The translations under genes and the position numbers were made by a program. From Octopus vulgaris (lineage: Eukaryota), in contig OX597814.1 in the NCBI GenBank assembly GCA_951406725.2, positions 28,892,001 to 28,956,000 of the forward strand: a stretch of 64,000 nucleotides of DNA. The letters run 5' to 3'. The notes beneath the pieces were generated by a model. It did no database searches. It worked only from the letters and a program-made list of their open reading frames with translations, and was not told the DNA's origin. Below are positions 1 to 13,797 of this stretch, piece after piece (positions within the stretch are counted from its first letter, which is position 1; each line of letters starts with the position of its first letter).

Positions 1-1200
1 TCTGTAATTCATGAAATTCAAGGTCCTTGTATAACACTCGCAAGAGTCGAGTGCTGTGTCTCCAGTGTGATATGTGGACAATTTCTGCAAAATAGTATTT
101 GAATATCTTTGAATATCTTTGAGCTCTAAAACCTACCTGAGAATTCCCCAGAAATTGCCTACTTATCTAATTGTGGAAGCACTCCGTCGGTTACGACGAT
201 GAGGGTTCCGGTTGATCCGAATCAACGGAACAGCCTGCTCGTGAAATTAACGTGTAAGTGGCTGAGCACTCCACAGACACGTGCACCCTTAACGTAGTTC
301 TCGGGGATATTCAGCGTGACACAGAGAGTGACAAGGCCGGCCCCTTGAAATACAGGTACAACAGAAACAGGAAGTAAGAGTGAGAGAAAGTTGTGGTGAA
401 AGAGTACAACAGGGATCACCACCATCCCCTGTCGGAGCCTCGTGGAGCTTTTAGGTGTTTTCGCTCAATAAACACTCACAACGCCCGGTCTGGGAATCGA
501 AACCGCGATCCTACGACCGCGAGTCCACTGCCTTAACCACTGGGCCATTGCGCCTCCACACTTATCTAATTATCCACCATTGCAATATATTTTAAGAAAG
601 AGGTATGCCTTGTCATTCTGTAAAATGAATGCAAAGCTGAGTTGAAGCTTATATAAAATGCATGTGGCAATATAAAAAAGAAAATTGCAACATATAATGT
701 TTCATCAGTTTAAGATTTAAAGCAGAAGATTTAATTTTAGACTTAGGAAATAACTTCAGATTATTATAGAAGTTTGATCAAAAGCATGCATGAACACATT
801 TGTCGATGTCCTGGGGACAAAGAGTCTCATAGTAAATATCAAGTGATACTGCATAACAAGTTTGTTCACTGCACAATATTCTGCTCTTGAATCCCGCTTG
901 TTTCTATCGTAAATGTTCATCAGCTGCCTTCTTCACAGGACAAGAACATTACGAAACATATTGCCATTGACAGACAGATGGGTTCCAGTTGCTATAGTCA
1001 TTTAGAGCTCCTATCTTAGTCAATGTTACAATTATTCCATTATCCCTGGCCTCAAAGACTTGCTTTTTGTGCCATACTAAGCTCAACAATGTCCCAACTC
1101 TTTTATAGTAACATCAGTTATCTCATGTAGCCCCACATTTTTTAGTTAAGATTTCCTCTTTCGGCTTAAGCTGAAAAGGTCGACTGACTAGAAAAAAGTA
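1..1200 (-). mobile_element. Decayed non-LTR retrotransposon (RTE-like) reverse-transcriptase fragment, interrupted by a SINE
   Basis: Minus-strand reading gives GIIVTLTKIGALNDYSNW (cf. GIIV.I.KKG.L.DC.NWRGI), DEHLR*KQAGFKSRILCSEQ (cf. LREEQAGFR.GRSC.EQ) and AFD. Stops and frameshifts are present; boundaries approximate. Confidence 0.6.
173..559 (-). mobile_element. Full-length tRNA-derived SINE (octopus OR-like head, tail type 1)
   Basis: Minus strand starts TGGAGGCGCAATGGCCCAGTGGTT (A box) with GTTTCGATTCC (B-box-like). Flanked by a 12-bp TSD ACTTATCTAATT (161-172 and 560-571). Near-identical copy at 7313-7700. Confidence 0.92.
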
Positions 1201-1740
1201 TCATACTCAAGAATTTAGCATAATCTTGAGTGAGAATGCAACAAGAGTAAGAATCAGGTGTAGATCAGCAAATGGCCGGTCATTTCAGCAAGATTCATAA
1301 CCAGACACGCTAAAGCGGAAGAGGCTGCGATATGGAAAGATAAGGAGAATTCTATTATAGTATGTAAAATCTCTGGACAAACTGGTGATGGATGACATCA
1401 GTGGTCAACTGGATAGTAGCAGACGTGGGGTATTCTCTGTTGTAAGAATAATGCTTTAATTCAGTGTGAATAATATGTCCTTCACTCACAGGCGTATCCG
1501 CATGACTATATGAATTTCCTGATGCTGTAATATCAGGAACAAAACCGATTGTATGTGCATTAGTACACAATGTGGTTGTCGTTACTGCAGGATGTTCGCA
1601 TTTATCGCGAGACAACTGGTAATTGCTAAGGTTTTGTTTGAAGCTCAGACTGTGCAGCATTAAAAGCAGGAGGCTCTCAAGCGGGTGGAAACTTTGACCA
1701 GATTCGTTAGGAAGGTAAACAAGCGAGATAAACAAGCTTC

Positions 1741-1781
<41 letters not shown>

Positions 1782-1810
1782 TGAGTAAGGGAGGGAGAGT
1801 GAGATAGATA

Positions 1811-2045
1811 ATTTCTTTATTGGCCACACAGGGCTAAACACAGAGGGGATAATTACAATGTAGAGTTTTTCTTTACGAGGTGGGGGGGGGGGGTCGGAGA
1901 AAAAAGGGGATAGCGATCACAATGGATCGAAATCGTTGGGAATATATGCAAAAAATGTCGAAAGAGTTCAAAAAGTTCCCAAGAAATGGGGAGGTTTATC
2001 TGTGGAAAGAAAAATCTACGAAAGGACCACAGTAACCTCGGGCAA
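1811..2045 (-). mobile_element. Probable 3' end of a LINE (L1/Tx1-like) inserted in a GA/GATA tract; a tiny second 3' stub at ~2071-2105
   Basis: Terminal TTCTTTATTGGCCACACAGGGCTAAACACAGAGGGGA matches the tail of the Nin-like SINEs in this window, but the upstream body is unrelated. Clade assignment is inference. Confidence 0.45.
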
Positions 2046-2104
2046 TTACGTCAGATAGATAGATGGATATGTTTCTTTATTAGCCACACCGGGCTGCACA
2101 CAGA

Positions 2105-2280
<176 letters not shown>

Positions 2281-2935
2281 AGAGAGGGAGAGAGAGAGAG
2301 TTGGACAGACAGGCAAACTCAGTGACAGAAACAGCCACAGAGTCTCAAAGGAGATTTACCATATATTCTATTTTATATTTATATTATACATTGTATTTTA
2401 TATTTTATTGCTCATATTAATACTTCAATACATTTTGACAATAACACTACAGGAGGAAAATCTCCATAATACAATCATTTCTTATCCCCCAAATCAGATA
2501 GAACTCTTTCGGTTTGTGCAAGTCAGTGGTCTACTATGTTTTACTCTTAGAGTGAGATATCATTTACATAAATCGATCAAGGAAGCAGGATTAGGAGACG
2601 TGGTCTATTTAACAAACTACGTTGAGCTCCAGACCTGATGCTATTTCGTTGGCTTCAATTTTTTTTTTTCCCTTGTTGCCATCCAAAGTTAGCAGTCTCC
2701 GTGAAACGATCCAGAAATATCGATGCATTAAACTGTGCAATCACATCCATTTCTGATAAGATCAGCACAGATATATTAAGATGAGGTCAAAGGTCATGCA
2801 TTTCAGCAGAATCAGATACTTAGATGCTGGAATCACAAGTTTCAACATTTGATTCTATTTTTATAGATCCAGATTTTTGGGCCACTTCGTATATGTATAT
2901 ACGTATATATATATACATACACACACGTACGCCCA

Positions 2936-2972
<37 letters not shown>

Positions 2973-3086
2973 GTACATGCATACATATATATATTGTATA
3001 ATTCATATGTATATGTATGTATACATATATACATACAAATACATACATACAAAGCAAATATATCAATTCTATCTCTTCTCTCTCTC

Positions 3087-3138
<52 letters not shown>

Positions 3139-3258
3139 TAACGAGAGAGAGAGAGAGAGAGGAGAGAAATATGGGTATGTAGATGGAAAATAGAATATAC
3201 ATATACTTGAGAGTATGTATGTGTGTATATATGTTGTATGTATATGTGCATATATGTA

Positions 3259-3302
<44 letters not shown>

Positions 3303-3554
3303 CACTATATGCAAATATTATATGTAAATATATGTATTATATCCACATATCTGTACACTATTTTCATATACAAATATTTTAATATTAAATATCTATTACA
3401 TTCAAACATTATGTAAATTCACATATGTATATATATATGTATAATTACATATATGATTTATATATATATATATAAATCATATATGTAATTATACATATAT
3501 GTACATATGTGAATTTACATATATATATGTGTACATATATATATATATGTATAT

Positions 3555-3677
<123 letters not shown>

Positions 3678-4311
3678 AATATTATATTTGTAAGTACAAT
3701 AGCCACAGTAACTAATCGTGACCTCGTATGAGTAATAATTTTGTGCATGACGTCACTATTATAATGCGATCGTATCACAAGGCGGTTTTATACAACCATA
3801 TCACTGTTATTCACGTTTACAGCAGAAGACTTACAGAAATGGAAAAAGAAATACAAAAAGAAACTGGAAAAAGCCGAAATATAAAACTAAAAAGAAAAAA
3901 AAAAGTAAAAGAAATATAGAAAAAGAAGGAAAATTTCTTTGGGAGTCTGTTAGGAATTCGAATTGCATTCGGCAATTGGTTGCATTGGTAATCAGATGCG
4001 AGGGATGACGAGTGCAAAGATAGAAAGACATTTTGATACATAGGCTGGTTACAGTTTATACAACAAGCACTGATATTGCAGTAGCTGCAGCAGCTGACAT
4101 GTTATGCAGCATTGAATCGGTCCTGATTCTTGCAGCAACAACAAACGACAACATCTAAACAACAATAGCACCAATGTAAAAAAAAAAAAAAAATGGAATT
4201 ATCATGAAACACACCAAATCTAATGAGCATAAAACTGCGCTATGTGTGTATGTATGTATGTAAGCTTGTATGCAAGCATATGCGTATGTGTATGTGTGTG
4301 TGTATGCGCGC

Positions 4312-4342
<31 letters not shown>

Positions 4343-4581
4343 CGCGCGCGTGTGTGTGTGTGTGTGTGTGCATATATGTATGTAAGACTATATGCATGTA
4401 GATTTGTGTGCATGCATGTATTTTTTTGCATGTGTGTTTGAGCGTGCGCACAAAATTTAGTATCGATGCACCATTCAGTGCAGTGCAAATATATATTCGT
4501 GTGTGTGTGTGTTTGTATGTGTGTGTAAGTGCGTATATATATGTATCTATGTTTGTATGCATGTATCTTTATATACGAATG

Positions 4582-4584
<3 letters not shown>

Positions 4585-4617
<33 letters not shown>

Positions 4618-4658
4618 GTAATAGTAATAATAATAATAATATTAATAATAATGATAAT

Positions 4659-4708
<50 letters not shown>

Positions 4709-4730
4709 TAATAATAATGATAATAATAAT

Positions 4731-4771
<41 letters not shown>

Positions 4772-4800
4772 TAATAATAATAATGATAATAATAATAATA
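4585..4800. repeat. (AAT)n microsatellite
   Basis: Direct reading; source of poly-I/poly-N ORFs. Confidence 0.97.
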
Positions 4801-4889
4801 TGACAGCAAAAGAATGAATGAGACCTCGATATTATGCAAATAGAGGAATTTATCTATAAATATAATATAGGACAATCAGTTAGTTGTCG

Positions 4890-4953
4890 TAATAAAACTC
4901 AGAGTTTCAGATATCGGGTCTGAAGCTTGTTTTCGGTATCTCATCAGTTATTA
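4890..4953 (-). ncRNA. Putative type-I hammerhead ribozyme within a Penelope-like terminal repeat fragment (~4801-5002)
   Basis: Minus strand reads TAATAA-CTGATGA-GATACCG...CGATATC-T-GAAA-CTC-T-GAG-TT-TTATTA. This gives a 6-bp stem I, a CUGAUGA core, a stem II with one mismatch and an extra U, GAAA, a 3-bp stem III with a 1-nt loop, and a GUU cleavage triplet. Confidence 0.65.
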
Positions 4954-4998
4954 AGACATCCGAAACTTTATTATGACAACAAACTGATTGTCGTATAT

Positions 4999-5094
<96 letters not shown>

Positions 5095-5304
5095 CACACA
5101 TACACACAAACATTGCCTATCTGTCTGTCTCTTCGTATGTGTGTATATGTAAATTCTCTGCGTATCTCCCATAATCATATCTTACCGATTTGAATTTATG
5201 TATATATGCATGCATGCATGCAAGCATACATGCATGCATGCATGCATACATGCATGCATGCATGCATGCATGTATGTATGTATGTATGTATGTATGTATG
5301 TATG

Positions 5305-5357
<53 letters not shown>

Positions 5358-5673
5358 GTAATTAGATAGATAAATAGATTGATAGAAAGAAAAAGAGACG
5401 GATAAATCCCATAAATTTAATCTTGGTTCTGTCTTTAATATATCTCTTTGTTCCTGCATACGTTTTGTGTAACGCCAAGGGAAGTAACTCCCATAAATTA
5501 GGAAATAACCAGTTGGTGGCTATGGTTATAGTGGTGGTGGTGGTGGTGGTGGTGATGGAGGAGATACTGGTAGCGACGTTATCGTTGCTAATGATAAATG
5601 GAGAAAGATAGATAGATAGAGAGAGAGAGAGGGGGAGAAAATGAGTGGGATGGAAACAATGGAATCAATGAAG

Positions 5674-5717
<44 letters not shown>

Positions 5718-6229
5718 AGTGAGAGAGAGAGAGGGAGGGAGAGGGAGTGAGAGAGAGATTGAGGGAAAAGAAACGAAAGAAAGAAAGACATGATTCTAAG
5801 AGTATGAAACTGAGCAAGAATGCGAGTTAACTTTAACAAGCATAAGAACGAAAGTGAAAGTAATATAAATCTTCAAACAGATGAGGGGGAAGGTGAGAAG
5901 GAAGCGTAGTAAAGATTGGGACGTCTCTACGTCTTTATTAATTTCATTCTCCCTTTTCTTCATTTTTCTCTCCGTTCGTTTGCTTGAAGTGTATTTTCGT
6001 ACAAAAATCATAAGATAATGGCATCTTTAGTTGGAAATAGTATTGCGCAGCAAGAACGGGGAAATCTTAAGCTCTGAGGTACACCCACCCACCCACCCAT
6101 CCATCCATCCATCCATCCATCCATCCATCCATCCATCCATCCATCCATCCATCCATCCATCCATACATACATACATACATACATACATACACACATACAC
6201 ATATATATATGTGTATGTATGGTGGTGGT

Positions 6230-6363
6230 GGCGATCCCTTTCTCTCACTCTTTCTTCTGTTGGCCTGCTCGCTTAGCCAGCGGGGTGGCGTCATTCGAAG
6301 GCTAAAACAATGCGAACGCATTGTGACCAGCGATGTGTAACAACATCTGATGGTCTGGTCGGT

Positions 6364-6370
<7 letters not shown>
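6230..6370 (+). mobile_element. 5'-truncated OR-like SINE (tail type 2) ending at (TA)n
   Basis: Matches the 3' half of the copies at 10701-11008 and 16170-16468; ends GGTCACGTGA then (TA)n. Confidence 0.85.
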
Positions 6371-6420
<50 letters not shown>

Positions 6421-6423
<3 letters not shown>

Positions 6424-6805
6424 CTTGTTTCAGTTTTGACTGCGGCCATGTTGGAGCACCGCCTTTAGTCGAACAAATTGACCCTAGAACTTATTCTTTG
6501 TAAGCCTTGCACTTATTCTACTGGTGTTTTGCCGAACCGTTAAGTTACGGGGACGTAAACACACCAGCATCGGTTGTCAAGCGATGATGGGGGGCGGCAC
6601 AAATGCAGACACACAAACGCACACGCATACACACACACATACATATACGACGAGCTTCTTTCGGTTTCCGTCTACCAAATCTACTCACAAGGGTTTTGGT
6701 CAGCCCGAGCCTATATTAGAAGACACCAGGTCAAGTTGTCGCGCAGCGGGACTGAACCCGGAACTGGTCAGTAAGCAAGCTACTTACCATACAGCTACCT
6801 CTTCA

Positions 6806-6810
<5 letters not shown>
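6421..6810 (-). mobile_element. ~400-bp tRNA-derived SINE with internal microsatellite (long family)
   Basis: Reverse complement of the family at 25280-25685 and 35373-35782 (…GGTGCTCCAGCATGGCCGCAGTC…ACTGAAACAAGTAA tail). Confidence 0.85.
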
Positions 6811-6843
<33 letters not shown>

Positions 6844-6985
6844 CATTTGGCGTCAGCATGTAGTTAAGCTCCTCCATCCCTTGATATAATTATATATATA
6901 ATTATTAATAGAGTATATAAAAATTACCTATGAGGTTTTTATTTCACGTTGACCGCTTGATAAAATCATTAAAGTGGTTTTATCC

Positions 6986-7047
<62 letters not shown>

Positions 7048-7312
7048 TATATATATATATTAATGTTCGGGCTTTTTATGTTTAGTTGTAATAAAAACAA
7101 TTTACATTAATCTGAAAGGTGACTCCACAGAGTACAATTTTTTTTATTCTTTAACGAGAAGAATATTGACAGTGACATATGTGTGTGTGTCTGTGTGAGT
7201 GTGTATGTATGTGTGTGTGTATGTGTGTGTGTGTGTAGATATATGTACATGTATGTATGAGTGTGTGTATATGTGTTTATGTGAATCTGTACATGTGTAT
7301 GTGTACACGTGT

Positions 7313-7700
7313 GGATGAAAGCACTCCGTCGGTTACGACGGTGAGGGTTCCGCTTGAACCGATCAACGGAACAGCCTGCTCGTGAAATTAACGTGTAAGT
7401 GGCTGAGCACTCCACAGACACGTGTACCCTTAACGTAGTTCTCGGGGATATTCAGCGCGACACAGAGAGTGACAAGGCCGGCCCTTTGAAATACAGGTAC
7501 AACAGAAACAGGAAGTAAGAGTGAGAGAAAGTTGTGGTGAAAGAGTACAGCAGGGATCACCACCATCCCCTGCCGGAGCCTCGTGGAGCTTTTAGGTGTT
7601 TTCGCTCAATAAACACTCACAACGCCCGGTCTGGGAATCGAAACCGCGATCCTACGACCGCGAGTCCGCTGCCCTAACCACTGGGCCATTGCGCCTCCAC
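7313..7700 (-). mobile_element. Full-length OR-like SINE (tail type 1)
   Basis: Near-identical to 173-559; 10-bp TSD GTACACGTGT (7303-7312 and 7701-7710). Confidence 0.92.
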
Positions 7701-8204
7701 GTACACGTGTACGAGTGTGACTGTTAGTGTGGCTGTGAGTCTGCATGTATAAATACAAATATAAAGGCTAAGCAGGAATAAGCGAGTTATTGAGCACGCA
7801 GTCGTGCCAAGCATATTTGTAAATATCATAAGTTAGTTGTAACAATTATAATAATGTAAATGGATTACATTAAGTGTGGTATGTGCATGTGTGCATGTAA
7901 ATCCGGCAAGGTGTCAGCTTCAGAATTCACTTCTGCTTTTGCCGTATGCCAATAATAAAGCAAGGAGGATTCAAAATTTTTTGTCTTGGACATAAAAAGC
8001 AGGAAATAGAAAAATAAAATATATCGACATAAACTTAGAAATTGTCGCATAAAATGTTTACATAATTACCGTGATAACCTAGTATTGTTTTACTGAATAA
8101 ACCATTTATGTATCTTTTCAATAAATCTGTTCGTGAGTTTAGCTATATATGCATGTCGTGGAGTGTAGTGGAAGCTATCATGATGGAGCAATTCCTTCGT
8201 TAGA

Positions 8205-8690
<486 letters not shown>

Positions 8691-9386
8691 GAGAGAGTGT
8701 GTGTGTGAGAGAGAAATGTTTTCTTGTTTGCAGATGAATGCACAGCACCGAGACATCAAATTTTTACTTCTCCCTACGGCAATACAAATTTCTCCACCAC
8801 AAGCACAAACATAATTATATACTTTAACTTCTTTTTTTTTTTCCCCCACCGAAGTACGCAGCCACCAGTTTCCTCATACCCTGGTTCCTTTAAACGTTTT
8901 TCTAGTAAACGTTCTTTCGGCTCCTTTATAGGCATAACCAGCGGTTTAACGATTTCAGTCGCTGTTCATATCAATCACGTTACAAGTATCTCGCTTGAAG
9001 CTATCAACTCAAACATATATACAACGGGAGAACATGTGTATTTCATCAGAAAGAAGCAAGTCCGTACGTGGAAGGTATAAAAGAAACATGGATCACCAGG
9101 TAGTGTTTATACGTAGCTTCAGAAGCCGGAGGGAAACTTTAGAGAATGAGATTTTAATGTTTCACCATCAGTGAACAGCAACACCTACAGTCACATTAAC
9201 AGACACCAATGCTCTTAAACATGAAGCATTCGCTATATATCATTACGTCTCGTAATAGTTTCTCCATGAAGTGATGAGCGTTGCTGAATAAATGGAAAAA
9301 TTTATGGAGTAATGACAGCAGACCTGTTATCTTTCCCAGTTATAACTATTTTTCTTATGATCAATTCCGGGACCGGTAGCCTATTG

Positions 9387-9432
9387 TGTCCTTGAGTAAT
9401 GTACTTCATTTGAAGTACATTACTCAAGGACA
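9387..9432. repeat. Perfect hairpin palindrome, 22-bp arms with 2-nt loop
   Basis: TGTCCTTGAGTAATGTACTTCA-TT-TGAAGTACATTACTCAAGGACA. Confidence 0.95.
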
Positions 9433-9498
9433 TTGAGTACCAGCCTTGTGCTTGTGCATCCTCTTCTCCCTCTAGTTATCCTCGCTCTTCCACTAGAT

Positions 9499-9752
9499 CA
9501 GTGTTTCCCTACTATTTCTTTTACACGTGGACTCCTGTAATTCCTCTTTTATTCGAATGGACTCTCCTAGCTATCTGATGTTTTAAAAAATCCAATTATA
9601 TTTTCATGATGAAATATTTTGGGAAAGTGTATAAAAATTATTAAAATATTTTGTGTATTCTAGAAGTTAACCAATTCATTGCAGATAAATTTTAACAACA
9701 AAATCTTAAATGGACCCCCAAGGGTCATATGGACTCCAGTTGAGAACCATTA
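9499..9752. mobile_element. Old hAT (Charlie-like) MITE
   Basis: Starts CAGTGTTTCCCTAC and ends GTTGAGAACCATT (degenerate TIRs), with repeated GGACYCC subterminal motifs. TSD poorly preserved. Confidence 0.5.
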
Positions 9753-10700
9753 TACTGAATCAATGGTTAAGAGTGCCGAAAGGGTATCTTTTTCATAGTT
9801 ACATAGTTACCTAAAACAATTTGTGAAAGTATATTACGTGCTGCCAGGTCATATTCGGTTGTAATTAACGGCAATCGTGTTTTGGTTAATATGATTGAGA
9901 CTATTACAAACATCACTCTACACCATACTAACTCCCCACTTTCAGTTAAAAAACATTGGACTTATTTTAGAAATAGTTTCTCAAAATAACAAGAAAGCTT
10001 CTATACGGTTGACTGGCCTGCAAGCAATTGCAATCAACTTTCCTTCAAATCACATTGTAATGTCTTGGAAAAATGAGAAAATACATTAGATATCATATAG
10101 TTTTCTATAAAAGACGGAGTGGTCACGTCCAGAATGGATTTGATCATAGGCCCGCTTGATCAAGGAAGGCCTTGGCCTAACAACAACACAATAGCAACAT
10201 AAATAGTTTCCTTGTGTACATGTATTGAGCGCTATAGAGAAAGAGTTGGACATCTGTACCGTTGATTTTCTGATCCCGTTTCAGTTTCCAGCGGAGGCCA
10301 ATTAATTTCTTTGTACGCGTTTAAAATACATTGCATAAACATTAACGTCTCATAATAGCTATTTTACCTCCGTAATGAATTTGTTTTCTTGTGCCATTGC
10401 TAGGAAACAATGGTTTCCACATCAAAACAACATTACTGTTGCGTTACTTCGAAATGTCTAAAGAAGAAAAAAACATTTCCTGCAACCATAGAAGTTTTGG
10501 GATCCTAATTGAAGGTCCCGCATTTCAAAAGAAACTCAAGTGATTCCTATTAGGTCTTCATATGTGTTCCATAATGTAGCTCTCTTATAACGTGTCGCAA
10601 TATCTTTTCCTAAAGTGTGTCATTTTTTCTTCCTATCATGGTTCTTCCTATAGTGTATCATAATATCTTTCCCCACCGTATGCATTGATGTTTTCTTTAT

Positions 10701-11008
10701 CACGTGATCACGTGACCGACCAGGCCATCAGATGTTGCTACACACATCGCTGGTCACAATGCGCTTCGCATTGTTTTAGCCTTCGAATGACGCCACCCCA
10801 CTGGCTGAGCAAGCAGGCCAACAGAAGAAAGAGTGAAAGAAAGTTGTGGCGAAAGAGTACAGCAGGGATCACCACCACCCCCTGCCGGAGCCGCGTGAAG
10901 CTTTAGGTGTTTTCGTTCAATAAACACCTACTCTCGGTCTGGGAATCGAAACAGCGATCCTACAACCGCGAGTCCGCTGCCCTAACCACTGGGCCATTGC
11001 GCCTCCAC
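10701..11008 (-). mobile_element. Full-length OR-like SINE (tail type 2)
   Basis: Same tRNA-like head as 173-559 but a different 3' half ending in TCACGTGA repeats; 11-bp TSD GTTTTCTTTAT (10690-10700 and 11009-11019). Confidence 0.92.
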
Positions 11009-11920
11009 GTTTTCTTTATAGGGTATTATAATGTTTCTTTCTTTAGTACAACATAGTGTCTTCCTATAGTTTCATAATACCTATTCGTGTAGTATTTCAT
11101 AATGTGCCTGCCTATAACGTTTCTCATAGAATTACATAATCTCTCTCACCCTACGGTATATCATGTGTTTTCCTGTAGATTGTTATACTGTCTTTTATTA
11201 TTGTATCATAAAATATCTTCCTCCAGTGTCATAGTGTCTTTAGTTCACTGGCTACGACTGTAAATTACATGCATGACAAATGCAGTAAAATGTCTCGACT
11301 GCGAATCGAACTTGCTCTACAAACCTCGACTTGTGAGGAGTCTACTACCGTTTTTTAAATTTATTTTGCAGCATTCTGGTTGAAGTACAAGCAAACAAAT
11401 CCATCAGTTACTAGCTGTTTATTAACTCTATTATCATACCAGGCTAACATAATTAATTGCTAGGTACTGTCCAACGTAGTTAATTGATTCTAAGACTACA
11501 AACACAAAACTAGCAACATCCAATAGCAACCCACTCCTACTTCACAAAAGAAAATACTAATGAGATCATTTCAATGGTCTGAAGGTCAGTTTTGTCGAAG
11601 AGAGGCTTAAAATCGATTGCGTGCACGAGCACCCATTAACCTTGTGCGGACGAAAGCAAAAGGAGATTGCTGAGTGGATGTGATATTACATTTCAGATTA
11701 ACGGTCTCTAGTTCAAATGGAATGCAAGTGTTTCGTTGCAGAAATACAGTATACACAACTCTGTAGTTTATTTAATTCTATTCACCTCAAATGCTCGACA
11801 GTAACAGGTCCCAGATTTTCTGAGATGTATAAGTATTCTTTCCTGGTGTCGTAGGATTATGTTTATTTTACATGTAAACAGTGACACGACATTGATGCCA
11901 TTATAAAAACTAACCCCAAA

Positions 11921-12140
11921 AGGCGGCGAGATAGCAGAATCGTTAGCACGCCGAGCAAAATGTTTAGTGGTATGTCATTTGTCTTTACATTTTGAGTTCA
12001 ATTTCCGCCGAGGTCAACTTTGCTTTTCATCCTTTCGAGGGTCGATAAAATAGATACCAGTTGACTATTGGGGGTCGATGTAATCGACTAAACTGCTCAC
12101 TCGAAAATGCTGGCCTTGTACCAAAATTTGAAACCAATAT
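11921..12140 (+). mobile_element. tRNA-derived SINE with Nin-like central domain
   Basis: AGGCGGCGAG…GAGTTCAA…GGTCAACTTTGCTTTTCATCCTTTCGAGGGTCGATAAAA. The core resembles the Nin-SINE domain; many copies in the window. Confidence 0.85.
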
Positions 12141-12159
12141 TTTCAACTAGACGATAAGA

Positions 12160-12762
12160 ATACTTTCTATAGTAGGCACAAGGCCTGAAATTTTGGGGAG
12201 AGGGCTAGTCGATTACATTCACCCCAGTGTGTAACTGGTACTTAATTTATCGACCCCGAAAGGATGAAAAGCATAGTCGACCTCGATAGAATTTGAACTC
12301 AGAACGTAGCGGCAGACGAAATATTTCTTTACTACCCATAAGGGGCTAAACACAGAGAGGACAAACAAGGACAGACAAACGGATTAAGTCGATTATATCG
12401 ACCCCCAGTCCGTAACTGGAACTTATTTAATCGACGCCGAAAGGATGAAAGGCAAAGTCGACCTTGGGGAATTTGAACTCAGAACGTAACGGCAGACGAA
12501 ATACCGCAAAGCATTCCGCCCAGCGTGCTAACGATTCTTATTTCTTTACTGCCCACAAGGGGTTACACACAAAGGGGACAAACAAGGACAGACAAACGGA
12601 TTAAGTCGATTATATCGACCCCAGTGCGTAACTGGTACTTATTTAATCGACCCCGAAAGGATGAAAGACAAAGTCGACTTCGGCGGTATTTGAACTCATA
12701 ACGAATAAAATACCACTAAGCATTTTGTCCGGCTTGCTAACGATTCTGCCAAGCTCGCCGCT
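12160..12762 (-). mobile_element. Three nested/tandem Nin-like SINE copies
   Basis: Three successive ATCGACCCCGAAAGGATGAAAGGCAAAGTCGAC-type cores with tail junctions at ~12322 and ~12538. Confidence 0.88.
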
Positions 12763-13797
12763 TTCAACTGGACGATAAGAATAATGTAAGAAGACAAAAG
12801 TAAGAAAATATTGACTGCATTTGGAATATTTCACTTAAAATCTTACTGGAAAGCAATGATAAATTATCACCGTCGGACTACACAAATATACCAAGCAAAG
12901 GATAATTGAAAACTAATGCAAAACACGAACGTAAAAGGAAGAAAAAAAAAACCGTTTTCTATTTTCAAGGAAAACAACTGACAGACAATTGAAAGGAAAA
13001 TAGAAAGACAACATAAATTGGGAAAAAGGTAAAAACTACAAAACAAAACAATGTTAAACATTGAACATCATTCTAAAGCAATGACATGAAAAGTACCGAC
13101 AATAGCCAATACCTGGAAAACTGAACAGGATGTAAACAGAGAAACATTGAGAATAAAGGGATCTTGATTACGGCAAAAGATCAAGGCCTTTTCACAAGAA
13201 ACCATTATGTGATGGCGTTACAGTAGTAACTGCATAATATGTGGAGGCTGGGAAGAAACAATTAACCAGAATGTAATTAGCTGCACAGTTTTAGCATAGG
13301 AAGAATACATCTACAGGTATGAAATGGATGAAACTTTTAGATCACTGGAAATTATTTCACTTTTATGAAATACTAATAGAAAATAAGAGGCTTAAAAATA
13401 CAACTGAAAGGTCCTACAGAATGTCCACTTGCGTTGAGCATGACCCAAATGAAGGCCCCTGTTTTAAACATCCTCTCTACAACACTTTCCTTGTTGTCAT
13501 GTCATCTTTTAAGGCTGGAAAGCTCAAAATCACCCGTAAGGTATTTATGTGTTAGGATGGGGGAGTAAGGACCTACGTTCTGCTGGTAGTTGACATGTAA
13601 CTTATAATGAACAGGAAGTTTTATAAATATCCTATCTTTGCTTGATCCCATCTCCCAGTAATGAGCGCTTCGTATGGGTATAGAGACACTGCTGTGAGTA
13701 GGCGTGGGTTGTTCGTTTATCGTTTCCGTTGACTTCGGTCACCCTCTCGTTCTATCTCCTCAAATTTTGTGCAAAATCTAGATATCGTAATCTCTTA

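Noticed and set aside
895-925. CTGATGA…GAAAC hammerhead-like motif on the minus strand
   Set aside because: No stem I/II/III pairing; it lies within decayed LINE RT coding sequence.
1355-1735. 126-aa minus-strand ORF
   Set aside because: No recognisable motif, non-ATG start; adjacent to a decayed LINE.
8724-9080. 118-aa ORF in non-repetitive sequence
   Set aside because: No domain similarity or convincing splice structure seen.
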